Notes: generated from the letters alone by a model not told the origin. A stretch of 56,342 nt of DNA from Candidatus Zambryskiibacteriota bacterium (GCA_023267045.1 JAHFOB010000004.1:1-56342), one strand, 5' to 3'; shown: positions 17,181 through 25,964, counted from the stretch's first letter. Numbers and translations are program-made.

Positions 17181-17459
17181 ATGGAACAAAATAAATCATC
17201 TATAGGTTCTATCATCGGAACAATAATCATAATTTCAATTATTATTCTTGGTGGTTTGTATTTCTGGGGTAAAAGAGTTGAGGAATCTAAAATAAAACAG
17301 GATTTAGTAAACAGTAGCACTTCTACAACAACTGGAGACAATGAAGCGGCGTCGATAAGAAGCACAAGCCAATCTGATGATCTAGATTCTATTAACGCAG
17401 ATCTAAATGCAACAAATCTAGACAACCTCGGAGCGGAGATGAATACAACCACACCTTAA
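17181..17459 (+). CDS. Small N-terminally anchored membrane protein
   Basis: 92 aa with one TM segment (IGSIIGTIIIISIIILGGLYFW) and a Ser/Thr/Asp-rich tail. Confidence 0.55.
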   Translation: MEQNKSSIGSIIGTIIIISIIILGGLYFWGKRVEESKIKQDLVNSSTSTTTGDNEAASIRSTSQSDDLDSINADLNATNLDNLGAEMNTTTP

Positions 17460-18438
17460 TAGAATTTCTTAATTCATACGTATCCCCATGACTCAATAAT
17501 CCAAGACATGATTGGATTGTTTCTCTCGTTGGACTACCCCGTAACCCCTTCAGCATCCCCCTCTTCGCCACCGTCCGTAATACTCTATGATGCGGAAAGT
17601 GTACCCACCCAAGAAAATCTACACCAGAAGAGAGAGTTCTGATGTGGATTTTATTTGGATGAAGTGTCAGATTTAATCTCTCTTTCAGATTTACTACAAT
17701 ATACTGTAGTAAATTATGTAACTCATGTTTGTTGTGTGAGAAGAAGACAAAATCATCTGCGTAACGGATGTAGTACTTTTGATGTAGTCTGTGTTTAACA
17801 TATTGATCAAACTGGTTCATGTAGATGTTCACTAGGAGTTGTGATGTCAGGTTGCCCAGAGGCAGGCCTTTCTTAATATACGATATATCGTATATTAGTG
17901 GAGATGAGGAAAAACTTGAGATGACTTGGTTCAATAGCCAGAGTGTGTCTTTGTCTAGTATGTGATATGTCAATATTTCTAGAAGTATTTTGTGGTCAAT
18001 AGAAGCAAAGAATTTCCTCACGTCACATTTTAGTATCCAACACTGTCGTGTGTTGTTCTTACTTACTTTCCTTCCAAAATCTTTGAATCTGTTGAGAGCT
18101 CTGTGAGTTCCCTTCCACTTTCTACATGAATACGAGTCGTGAATGAATTGAGTGTCGAAATATGGATAGAGTATCCTGTAGATAGCGTGATGGAGTAGTC
18201 TGTCTCTGACAGTAGCTTTATGGATGTTTCGTGGTTTAGGGTCGGAGATGTTGAAAGCTGTGTAGCCTCCGTGGGAGTAGGTTTTGGAAGTGAGGTCATT
18301 TTGAAGTGAAATGATATTATCCATCAAATTCATTTGAAATTCTTGTACATCTTTTTTATTTTTCTTTCCTTTTAGAAATTCTTTCCAAGCAAGAAGTAAA
18401 TTGTCGGTAGAAATGATAGTATTGTATGAAATATCCAT
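17392..18438 (-). CDS. DGR-type reverse transcriptase
   Basis: RT motifs include GLPLGNLTSQLLVNIYMN (the DGR-typical xGNLTSQ) and IRYADDFVFF. The likely start is ATG 18438 (MDISYNTIIS...). The 3' end overlaps the convergent ORF 17181-17459 by 68 nt. Confidence 0.9.
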   Translation of the reverse strand: MDISYNTIISTDNLLLAWKEFLKGKKNKKDVQEFQMNLMDNIISLQNDLTSKTYSHGGYTAFNISDPKPRNIHKATVRDRLLHHAIYRILYPYFDTQFIHDSYSCRKWKGTHRALNRFKDFGRKVSKNNTRQCWILKCDVRKFFASIDHKILLEILTYHILDKDTLWLLNQVISSFSSSPLIYDISYIKKGLPLGNLTSQLLVNIYMNQFDQYVKHRLHQKYYIRYADDFVFFSHNKHELHNLLQYIVVNLKERLNLTLHPNKIHIRTLSSGVDFLGWVHFPHHRVLRTVAKRGMLKGLRGSPTRETIQSCLGLLSHGDTYELRNSIKVWLYSSPLRGCLDLLHLDLR

Positions 18439-18496
18439 ATTAGTTAATATTAAAACACACAAATGACACCCTTGATGCCCCCCCCCCGCAAAACTG

Positions 18497-18859
18497 TTGC
18501 CTGTTTTGGAAATAATTAAATCAGCATATATTACATGGCAAAGTTATATAAACATAGCCCCAAAAACTTCACGCTATACGCTGGTAGAAACGATAGATAA
18601 ATACTTTATACAAACAATAGAGAGTATTTTGATCGCAAGTTTTTTGGAGAAACAAGAAAAACAACCTTTTGTTAAGAAAGCTATTATTTCCTTAGACACA
18701 TTAAAATTTCTTTTGTATATATTATGGGAGATAAAAGCATTAGAGAATAAAAAATATATAATCTTGTCAGAAGCACTGGCAAAAGCAGGACAACAACTCG
18801 GTGGTTGGCATGGACAGATCCAAAAAAATCAACAGAAACAAAACCCGCCTAAGTTTTGA
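18497..18859 (+). CDS. avd: Four-helix-bundle protein (23S rRNA IVS / Avd-like accessory variability determinant)
   Basis: 120 aa with the pattern ...PKTSRYTLVETIDKYF...LKFLLYILWEIKAL...AGQQLGGWHGQIQK typical of the Avd/S23-IVS family. It has a TTG start and lies on the strand opposite RT, TR and the target. Confidence 0.7.
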   Translation: MPVLEIIKSAYITWQSYINIAPKTSRYTLVETIDKYFIQTIESILIASFLEKQEKQPFVKKAIISLDTLKFLLYILWEIKALENKKYIILSEALAKAGQQLGGWHGQIQKNQQKQNPPKF

Positions 18860-18889
18860 TTACAAAATTTTGGCGGGAAATGAAGTGAT

Positions 18890-19017
18890 TTGCGAAACGA
18901 CAAACGCGAAACCGTTGTCTCTGTTCCACCTGTTGTCGAGATTGCCCCAGTACGTGTTCAGCCACTGACCGTCATCGTTACGGCTAGCACCGAGCAAGTT
19001 CGGATTGCCATCGGAAT
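18890..19017 (-). other. DGR template repeat (TR)
   Basis: 128 nt aligning without gaps to 19382-19509. It is rich in AAY codons in the minus sense (NSDGNPNLLGASRNDDGQWLNTYWGNLDNRWNRDNGFAFVVSQ). Confidence 0.88.
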
Positions 19018-19301
19018 TTGTATAAAGTGTTTTCCATACCACCACTCCTTAAATATTTTTTAGAGTTGAATTTTATTTCGCATCATAATGCGCTAACACA
19101 ATATACCAAGTATCTCCATTTTTTGACCCTTCGACGGACTCAGGGTCATCCTGAATTTTGTTGAAGGATGAAGTGTCTACGTAGATCCTCCGTACAAAAC
19201 CATGATCTTGCACGCTCTCAATCTACGGATACTGGATTCGGCAGAAAGAAACCGTGATCTCTTTCATACTCACCTACTACCGTAATTTATTATATGTAAA
19301 A

Positions 19302-19328
19302 CCGCCCACGATATCCAATCGTGGGCGG
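19302..19328 (-). other. GC-rich hairpin downstream of VR (terminator and/or DGR target-recognition hairpin)
   Basis: ccgcccacgat-atcca-atcgtgggcgg has an 11-bp stem and is followed by TTTT on the minus strand. Confidence 0.65.
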
Positions 19329-19369
19329 GGAAAAGGTCAAAGGATCGAAAAGATCACAGTGACTCAAAT

Positions 19370-19990
19370 CTAAGCGCTAACTTGCGAAACGACAAATGCG
19401 AAACCGTCGTCCCTGAACCACCCGAAGTCGAGACCGCCCCAGTCCGTGAACAGCCACTGACCGTCATCGTCACGGCTAGCACCGAGCAAGAACGGATAGC
19501 CATCGGAATCTTTGATCGGTTCGTGCATGGCAATGACCCACCACAGACCCATCGATTCGATCTCCTTGTCCGTGAACTTCTCACGGATGAGGCAGGCAAC
19601 TTCAGCGTTCGGCTTCGAGAGCTTGCGCTTGTTGGCCTCGGCGCGGATCTTCGAGGTGATGCGATTCTCGTCAGAGAAAAGCTCTCCTTTGAGGACCGCC
19701 ATCTCGTAAGTCACGCCGTTGGTCAGCTTGAAATCCGACGAACGGAGTACCGACTTGGCGTAACTGCTCAAACGGAATCCGAGCTTTTCCAGACGTCCGA
19801 TCCAGTCCTCGCCGGTCGTGCCGTCGCTCGTGATGGAAAAGTAGATCACTCCGTTCTTTTCGTGCCATGAGCGAGCAGGTTCGAAAACGATAGGCTCATT
19901 GCGCAGAAAGCGTCTTGCGCCATCCACACCACCGAGTTTGTCGAAAACCGCTTCAACGCTAACGTCTTCGACGTAGAGGTTGTACTTCAT
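19370..19990 (-). CDS. DGR target protein (GC-rich, no signal peptide seen), VR at the C-terminus
   Basis: The likely start is ATG 19990 (MKYNLYVEDVSV...), preceded by ggaagg. The C-terminal 42 codons form the VR. Confidence 0.85.
   Translation of the reverse strand: MKYNLYVEDVSVEAVFDKLGGVDGARRFLRNEPIVFEPARSWHEKNGVIYFSITSDGTTGEDWIGRLEKLGFRLSSYAKSVLRSSDFKLTNGVTYEMAVLKGELFSDENRITSKIRAEANKRKLSKPNAEVACLIREKFTDKEIESMGLWWVIAMHEPIKDSDGYPFLLGASRDDDGQWLFTDWGGLDFGWFRDDGFAFVVSQVSA
19382..19509 (-). other. DGR variable repeat (VR)
   Basis: There are 17 mismatches to the TR, and 15 of them fall at TR adenines (coding sense). Confidence 0.88.
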
Positions 19991-20098
19991 GTTCTTATCC
20001 TTCCGACCGCTGGTCGGCATTTTTCTTCTACCCGTTGAGCAGAAGGCCACGGAATGTGGCTATGTTTCGCAAGTAGTTACAAAGAGCCTTACTCGACA

Positions 20099-20128
20099 AT
20101 TATACCACCTATGATAGGTAGCTGTCAA
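20099..20128 (-). promoter_or_regulatory. Consensus sigma70 promoter of the DGR target gene
   Basis: The 32-nt block is identical to 11692-11723 (TTGACA-18-TATAAT). Confidence 0.7.
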
Positions 20129-20180
20129 GCTAATTTGTGAACTTGTTAAAATAGAGCCAATAATATAGACTTTATGAATT

Positions 20181-21248
20181 GTGAAAAAACACTATAAAGA
20201 CATCAAGCTCAATTCCCTTCCAGAGAGAGAATTAGAGATTATTGGAAGTATTACTGCTGAGAAAATGGCCGTGATGCGAGAGAAAGCTCTGGCTAAAATA
20301 AAAGCCGAATTTGAAGCTCCAGGTTTTCGTAAAGGCAACGCACCCGATTCTATTATTATTCAAAAAGTCGGCGAGATGAGACTGTTAGAGGAAGCAGCCG
20401 AGATGGCGCTCTCTGAAGAATATCCAAATATTTTAGATGAACATAAAATAGATGCAATCGGTAGACCAGAAATAAACGTCACAAAAATAGGTGTCGGAAG
20501 TGACATGGAATTTAAAATAAAAACGGCTCTGTATCCAGAAGTAAAACTTGCTGATTATAAAAAGATTGCCAAAAAAGAAAATAACAAAGAGAAAAAAGTT
20601 GAAAATGTAACCGAAAAAGAAGTGGACGATGTTATAAAAAATATTCAAGAAAACATTGCTCACCAAAAAGTGCACTCTGAGTCCGGAGCGCCTGACCACA
20701 TGCACAACCACAGAAAAATTACGGATGAGGATCTACCAGAGGTTAACGATGAATTTGCAAAAATGATAGGCGGGTTCAAAGACGTTGCCGACATGCGACA
20801 AAAAGTAAAAGAAAATATTAGCGCAGAGAAAGATCTGAAGGAAAAAGATTTGGGGAGAACAAAAATCCTTGAAGCTATCATGGAAACTTCTACAATAGAT
20901 TTACCGAAAATTCTTGTTGATGGAGAAACAGAGAAAATGTTAGCACAGTTCAAAGACGATATAAGTAGAAGTGGTATAGCATTTCCAGACTATTTGAAAC
21001 AGATAAAGAAAAGTGAAGATGATCTGAAAGTCGATTGGAAAGATACTGCGACAAAGAGAGCAAAATCACAGATTATTTTAAACACAATCGCAAAAGATGA
21101 GGGAATAGTTGCAAAAGAAGATGAAGTAAAAAAAGAAATGGAAAATATTTTATCTCAACATAAAGACGCAGATCGTTTCCGTGTCAGAATGTATGTGGAG
21201 ACTTTTTTAACTAACGAGTTAGTTTTTCAGTTTTTGGAGTCACAATAA
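20181..21248 (+). CDS. tig: Trigger factor (short form)
   Basis: N-terminal ribosome-binding signature APGFRKGNAP. It lies in a tig-clpP neighbourhood and has a GTG start. Confidence 0.85.
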   Translation: MKKHYKDIKLNSLPERELEIIGSITAEKMAVMREKALAKIKAEFEAPGFRKGNAPDSIIIQKVGEMRLLEEAAEMALSEEYPNILDEHKIDAIGRPEINVTKIGVGSDMEFKIKTALYPEVKLADYKKIAKKENNKEKKVENVTEKEVDDVIKNIQENIAHQKVHSESGAPDHMHNHRKITDEDLPEVNDEFAKMIGGFKDVADMRQKVKENISAEKDLKEKDLGRTKILEAIMETSTIDLPKILVDGETEKMLAQFKDDISRSGIAFPDYLKQIKKSEDDLKVDWKDTATKRAKSQIILNTIAKDEGIVAKEDEVKKEMENILSQHKDADRFRVRMYVETFLTNELVFQFLESQ

Positions 21249-21369
21249 AATCTCTCACTCGTCACAACTTTTTCCAGTAACAGAATAATTTTCTGCTGAA
21301 AATTTTCTTTCTGCTCATGCTTCACGCATTCCGCAGATACTAGAAAAAGTTGTGACTCGACGAGATTTT
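21247..21369. repeat. Long hairpin element, family 1b, copy G
   Basis: The arms are aaaatctctcactcgtcacaactttttc / gaaaaagttgtgactcgacgagatttt. The core is homologous to copies F and E. Confidence 0.8.
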
Positions 21370-21383
21370 GTTAGTGCTAATAT

Positions 21384-21553
21384 AAAATCCCGTTGAGTCG
21401 CAAGTTTTTGGAGACCTCGCAGACCCAAAGCCGGTTCCGTCAATGACTCTGAGTGAAACGAAGAGCTCTTGACGGATTTGGGTCGAGAACAAAGTGAACG
21501 TAGCGCAGGCGGAGTGAACGGTCTTCAAAAACTTGCGAGGAGAAAGGGATTTT
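21384..21553. repeat. Long hairpin element, family 1a, copy B (inverted relative to copy A)
   Basis: It matches the rc of 2088-2255 except for the apical ~18 nt and a few arm positions. It ends at the rsmE stop codon. Confidence 0.85.
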
Positions 21554-22253
21554 ATATTAATAGTAAACTAGAAACTGCTATTGCTGCTGTTTCAGCACGG
21601 AGAACATTGGGACCAAGAGAAACGCTGGAAATATTTTTGGAAGAAAATTTTTGGATTTCTATATCACTCCAACCACCTTCTGGACCGACAAAAACCACTA
21701 ATTCTTTTGGTTTTTTGTCGTTAAAAGTTTTCTCTAGTGTTTCCCCTTCAAAATTCAAACAAATAACATTATCTGGTAATAGATCGCTTTCCAAAAGATC
21801 GTCGAGTGGAGTAATCTGATGAATAACTGGCACATCTCCCCTGCCAGACTGCTCCGAAGCTTCTGTAGCAATTTTTTCTAACCGTTCCATATTTAGATTT
21901 TTCTTTTCGCTTCTTTCACACAAAACTGGAATGATGTGAGAAACACCAATTTCGACTGCTTTTTGTACGGCAAGTTCGAAATTATCTTTTTTTATAAGAG
22001 CAAGGCAAAGCCAGAGATTTATTTTTGGTTTCATTCTTTCGTTCATTTTTTCTATTACACTGACCGTCGCACCAAGGTTTCGCAAAGATGTAATCATCAC
22101 AAGAAAATCATGTCCGTTGCCATCAAATAAAATAACTTGACTGCCGACGTTATAACGAAAAACACTTCGCCACTGATGTATCAGTTCTCGATCGGTGACA
22201 TCAAAGGTCTTGCCAGAAATAGGGGTTGTTATATAAAACCTGTGTAATCTCAT
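21552..22253 (-). CDS. rsmE: 16S rRNA (uracil1498-N3)-methyltransferase RsmE
   Basis: MRLHRFYI... start, with GPEGGWS near the C-terminus. Confidence 0.85.
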   Translation of the reverse strand: MRLHRFYITTPISGKTFDVTDRELIHQWRSVFRYNVGSQVILFDGNGHDFLVMITSLRNLGATVSVIEKMNERMKPKINLWLCLALIKKDNFELAVQKAVEIGVSHIIPVLCERSEKKNLNMERLEKIATEASEQSGRGDVPVIHQITPLDDLLESDLLPDNVICLNFEGETLEKTFNDKKPKELVVFVGPEGGWSDIEIQKFSSKNISSVSLGPNVLRAETAAIAVSSLLLI

Positions 22254-22305
22254 GGCAAAAATATACCACATTTTACAAAAATAGACTTTCTGTTATACTC
22301 TCCGT

Positions 22306-22878
22306 ATGTTAATACCAACAGTTATTGAGAAGTCGCAATTCGGTGAGAGAGCATACGATATTTTCTCACGTCTTTTGCGTGATAATATTGTTTTTCTTGA
22401 TGGTCCAATAGACGACCATACTGCAAACCTAGTTATTGCACAACTTTTATTTCTTGAATCAGAAAACCCAAAAAAGGATATTTCTTTTTACATAAACTCC
22501 CCCGGTGGAGTGATTACAGCGGGCATGGCAATCATAGACACTATGAATTATATAAAAAATGATGTTTCTACTGTTGTTGTCGGACTTGCAGCATCTATGG
22601 GAGCAGTTATTCTTTCTGCGGGAGCAAAAGGTAAAAGATTTGCCTTACCAAACGCTGAAATTATGATTCACCAACCACTCGGTGGAGCAGAAGGTCAGGC
22701 ATCTGATATCGAAATCTCAGCAAAACACATATTGAAAAACCGCGAAAACTTGAATAAACTACTGGCTAAAAATACAGGTAAGTCAGTTGCCCAAATAGAA
22801 AAAGATGCTGATAGAAACTATTTTATGTCCGCTCCTGAAGCAAAAGCTTATGGTATCGTAGACAAGGTTTTGTCGTAG
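22306..22878 (+). CDS. clpP: ATP-dependent Clp protease proteolytic subunit
   Basis: 190 aa with [20 protein letters not shown] (active Ser) and IHQPLGG. Confidence 0.95.
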   Translation: MLIPTVIEKSQFGERAYDIFSRLLRDNIVFLDGPIDDHTANLVIAQLLFLESENPKKDISFYINSPGGVITAGMAIIDTMNYIKNDVSTVVVGLAASMGAVILSAGAKGKRFALPNAEIMIHQPLGGAEGQASDIEISAKHILKNRENLNKLLAKNTGKSVAQIEKDADRNYFMSAPEAKAYGIVDKVLS

Positions 22879-22883
22879 TTTGA

Positions 22884-22955
22884 CCCTGTAGTGAATTTTG
22901 GCATTGTGCTTCGCACAGCAAGGTAATCCTTGCAATGCCAAAATCTACTACGGGG
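22884..22955. repeat. Family 2 palindromic element (long form)
   Basis: ccctgtagtgaattttggcattg...caatgccaaaatctactacgggg. It belongs to the same family as 38409-38477 and 51608-51676, in inverted orientation. Confidence 0.8.
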
Positions 22956-23189
22956 TTTTGACTTATTTCCCCCTTTCTTATATAGTGTCAATATTACTTA
23001 TTTAATATAAATTAATAGTAATTTTTGTTTTTCTTGCCCGATCTTCCTGAATATTGACCGAAATACTGCAAAACAGACTAAAAATATGATCTTCTCACAA
23101 AATACCTATACGAATACATCCAGTAGATTCTACGTTTAGAAATTGCTTGTCAAAAAGCAAGAAACAAAAATGACTGTTACACGCACAAC

Positions 23190-24719
23190 ATGTCATTAAA
23201 AATAGTCGCGCTGTTACTTTCCGTCGCTTCGCTCATATCACTCGGACTCGGTTATTATTTACGCCTCATCATATCTCTCGGTAAAAAGGGATCTATGGAG
23301 CTGGATTTGAAACGAATGATGCTTGAAGCTCAGAGCAAAGGAAAAGCCATAACAGACGAAGCAGAGAATAAAGCTGAAGAAATCCTCAAAGTAGCTCGAA
23401 CAGAAATAAAGCAAAAAGAGGAGGATAATAAAAAAATGGAAGATCGCCTCGTCAAAAAAGACGAGCTGTTGGATGGTAGACAAAAAGATATTGATAAAGA
23501 AGTTGAGGAAATAAAAAAAAGAATAGAAGAAATAAAAGCTATACGAGAAAAAGCAGATAATATTGAATCACAAAAAAGAGAAGAGCTACAAAAAATAGGC
23601 AAACTGACACCGGAGGAAGCTAGAAAGGAGATCATGGACTCGGTCGAGAAAGAAGCTGAGGAAGACATTTTGGCTCGAATGAAAAAACTGGAGCAAGTTG
23701 GAGCAGAAAAACTGGAGGAAAAAGCCAAAGGAATTTTGGCCACATCTATACAGAGACTTTCTAATTCTGTGACATCGGACATGCTGACAACCCATGTCAC
23801 TATTCCAAACGATGAACTCAAAGGAAAAATAATCGGCAAGGAGGGACGAAATATAAAAGCCTTTGAGAGAGCAACTGGTGTTGAAGTCATAGTCGATGAC
23901 ACACCTGGCTCTATTACTATTTCTTCGTTTGACCCTGTTCGCCGACAAATAGCTAAAACTGCACTAGAAAAACTTATTGCCGATGGTCGTATTCAACCAG
24001 CAAAAATCGAAGAAATGGTCAAAGTATCTGAACAAGAAATAGCTAAAACTATAAAAGAAGAAGGTGAAAAAGCAGTCTACGAAACTGGTGTGTTAGGACT
24101 TGACCCACGAGTGGTTTCTATTTTGGGCAGACTTCACTTCCGTACCAGCTATGGCCAGAATGTATTGGCCCACTCAATAGAGATGACGCATATAGCTGGA
24201 ATGCTTGCTGAGGAGATCGGAGCAAATGTGGCTGTGGCAAAAGCTGGAGCACTTGTTCACGACATTGGAAAAGCCCTTGACCACGAAGTTGTCGGAACTC
24301 ACGTTGAGATTGGACGTAGAATTTTGCAAAAATTTGGCACAGATGAAGCCATAATCAAAGCAATGCAAGCTCATCACGAAGAATATCCATACGAAACAGT
24401 CGAGTCTATGATTGTTCAGTCTGCAGACGCAATCTCTGGCGGTCGCCCAGGAGCAAGACGAGACAGCGTTGAGAACTATTTGAAACGACTAAAGGATTTG
24501 GAGGCAGTAGCTATCTCTTTCAAAGGTGTTGAAAAAGCCTATGCTCTACAAGCTGGACGTGAAATACGAATATTTGTAACACCGACAGACGTAACTGACC
24601 TGGAAGCAACAAAAATGGCTCGAGATATTGCCTTGCGGATAGAAAAAGAACTAAAATATCCTGGAGAAATTAAAGTGACAGTCATTCGCGAGTCAAGAAC
24701 GATTGAATTTGCCCGTTAA
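23190..24719 (+). CDS. rny: Ribonuclease Y
   Basis: 509 aa with an N-terminal TM segment, a coiled coil, KH (GKIIGKEGRNI) and an HD domain (HSIEM..., VHDIGKA). Confidence 0.92.
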   Translation: MSLKIVALLLSVASLISLGLGYYLRLIISLGKKGSMELDLKRMMLEAQSKGKAITDEAENKAEEILKVARTEIKQKEEDNKKMEDRLVKKDELLDGRQKDIDKEVEEIKKRIEEIKAIREKADNIESQKREELQKIGKLTPEEARKEIMDSVEKEAEEDILARMKKLEQVGAEKLEEKAKGILATSIQRLSNSVTSDMLTTHVTIPNDELKGKIIGKEGRNIKAFERATGVEVIVDDTPGSITISSFDPVRRQIAKTALEKLIADGRIQPAKIEEMVKVSEQEIAKTIKEEGEKAVYETGVLGLDPRVVSILGRLHFRTSYGQNVLAHSIEMTHIAGMLAEEIGANVAVAKAGALVHDIGKALDHEVVGTHVEIGRRILQKFGTDEAIIKAMQAHHEEYPYETVESMIVQSADAISGGRPGARRDSVENYLKRLKDLEAVAISFKGVEKAYALQAGREIRIFVTPTDVTDLEATKMARDIALRIEKELKYPGEIKVTVIRESRTIEFAR

Positions 24720-24722
24720 ACC

Positions 24723-24832
24723 AATAAAATCACCTTATCTGCGTTGTTGTCGTTCAATTTTTCTCGTTCACTGTATTTTTATACCGCTCACTCGAAAAAT
24801 CTCCGACGCCTAGCATCTAAGGCGATTTTATT
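24723..24832. repeat. Long imperfect hairpin downstream of rny (family 1-like, copy H)
   Basis: The arms are aataaaatcaccttatctgcgttgttgtcg / cgacgcctagcatctaaggcgattttatt. Confidence 0.6.
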
Positions 24833-24977
24833 GTTTTAAACATTTTGTGTAAAATCACCAATTTACAACACATTTTTCATTATCTGAATAGATGTTGCGT
24901 TAAAAAAGCCTTGTTATATACTTCTTTCATAGTAGGTAGTGTAGTCAAGTTCAGTTAATATTAACAACATCAATATT

Positions 24978-25250
24978 ATGAATAAAGCAAGCATAGTAGA
25001 CGCCGTCCACGAAAAACTCTCTGGCACAAAAGTCCAAGCTGAAGAAGTTGTAGACCTTGTCATAAGCTCAATCGTCGATACTTTGAAAAAAGGTGGGGAG
25101 GTTTCAATAGCAGGTCTCGGCATCTTCTCAACAAAGACTCGAGCAGCGAGACAAGCTCGAAATCCACGAACAGGAGCAACTATCTCCGTTCCATCGATGA
25201 AAGTACCAAAGTTTCGCGCGGCTAAGGCATTGAAGGAGGCTGTGAGATAA
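24978..25250 (+). CDS. hup: DNA-binding protein HU
   Basis: 90 aa with MNKASIVDAV... and RNPRTGATISVPSMKVPKFRA. Confidence 0.92.
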   Translation: MNKASIVDAVHEKLSGTKVQAEEVVDLVISSIVDTLKKGGEVSIAGLGIFSTKTRAARQARNPRTGATISVPSMKVPKFRAAKALKEAVR

Positions 25251-25328
25251 TCTTTTTCTCTAGAGGAAAGCACAAAACGTCCTGAGCTTGTCGAAGGACG
25301 TTTTTTGTTTGTAGAAATTTTCGATAGG

Positions 25329-25508
25329 AAAAAGGCACCGAGTTGGTGCCTGTTGGTGAGGACGATGCGAGTGAGCAAAAGTCTTATGGGGCAAACTAGC
25401 CCACACATGGCCTTTTTAGTGGCAAGTTGATGTCGGATTTGCAACTTCCGACGCAAACGCCTACTGTGCTATGGCCGTGAAGATATCTCCCACCCACTGC
25501 ACCGTCCT
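25329..25508 (-). ncRNA. Candidate GC-rich structured sRNA (R2), family unknown
   Basis: Minus-strand promoter TTGACA(25538-25543)-17-TAGGAT(25515-25520). The 5' aggacggtgcagtg can pair with the 3' cactcgcatcgtcct. The terminator is ggcacc-gagtt-ggtgcc (25334-25350) plus a T-run. The terminator core gcaccgagttgRtgc is shared with R1. Confidence 0.35.
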
Positions 25509-25700
25509 AACTAAATCCTATACCTACTGATTTTTATTGTCAAATTTATAGGTGTGGGATAGTGAATGACGTTAGAACCTATTTGGAAGCAAATCCTAGT
25601 CCTTTTTACATACCAAGTTTATATTTAACGGAAGCGAAAATCAAATAAAATTTGACACAGTAATATTACCGTGATATTGTCCTTCTAGGAAGGAGACGAC

Positions 25701-25964
25701 GTGGCAAACTCAGATATGGTGGTTTCAGTTCGTATCCCCGAAAAAGACCTTCGTGAACTTCAGCTCCTAGCAAGAGTTCACGATGAGTCTGTCGGCTCTC
25801 TCATCCGAGCAGGGGTCAAGAGGTATGTCTTTGAGCTCATCAACGCTCCTGGATTTCGTGAAAAAGCGACCGAAATGCAACGGAGATACAACGACACCCT
25901 CAAGGAACTCTTCAACACCGACGACCCCACTCGTGCACCAACTCGCAAGAAGAAACGCAAGTAA
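25701..25964 (+). CDS. GC-rich small protein, ribbon-helix-helix (CopG-like) candidate
   Basis: GTG start after aggaaggag. The N-terminal beta-strand-like VVSVRIPEKDLRELQLLA and the basic tail TRKKKRK support the call. It has its own TTGACA-17-TATTGT promoter (from 25654) and a downstream hairpin. Confidence 0.5.
   Translation: MANSDMVVSVRIPEKDLRELQLLARVHDESVGSLIRAGVKRYVFELINAPGFREKATEMQRRYNDTLKELFNTDDPTRAPTRKKKRK

Larger units (their letters stand above)
17392..20130 (-). mobile_element. Diversity-generating retroelement (RT, Avd-like ORF, TR, target gene with VR, target promoter)
   Basis: See the component features. The TR/VR pair has adenine-specific mismatches. Confidence 0.88.

Noticed and set aside
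18860-19045. 61-aa minus-strand ORF (MVVWKTLYTNSDGNPNLLGASRNDDGQWL...)
   Set aside because: It coincides with the DGR template repeat. Its GTG start overlaps the only SD-like sequence, and the Asn-rich translation is the expected appearance of a TR read in the VR frame. It is treated as non-coding TR, not a gene.
24914-25456. 180-aa minus-strand ORF
   Set aside because: It runs antisense through hup and through the R2 promoter-terminator unit, and shows no coding signal.
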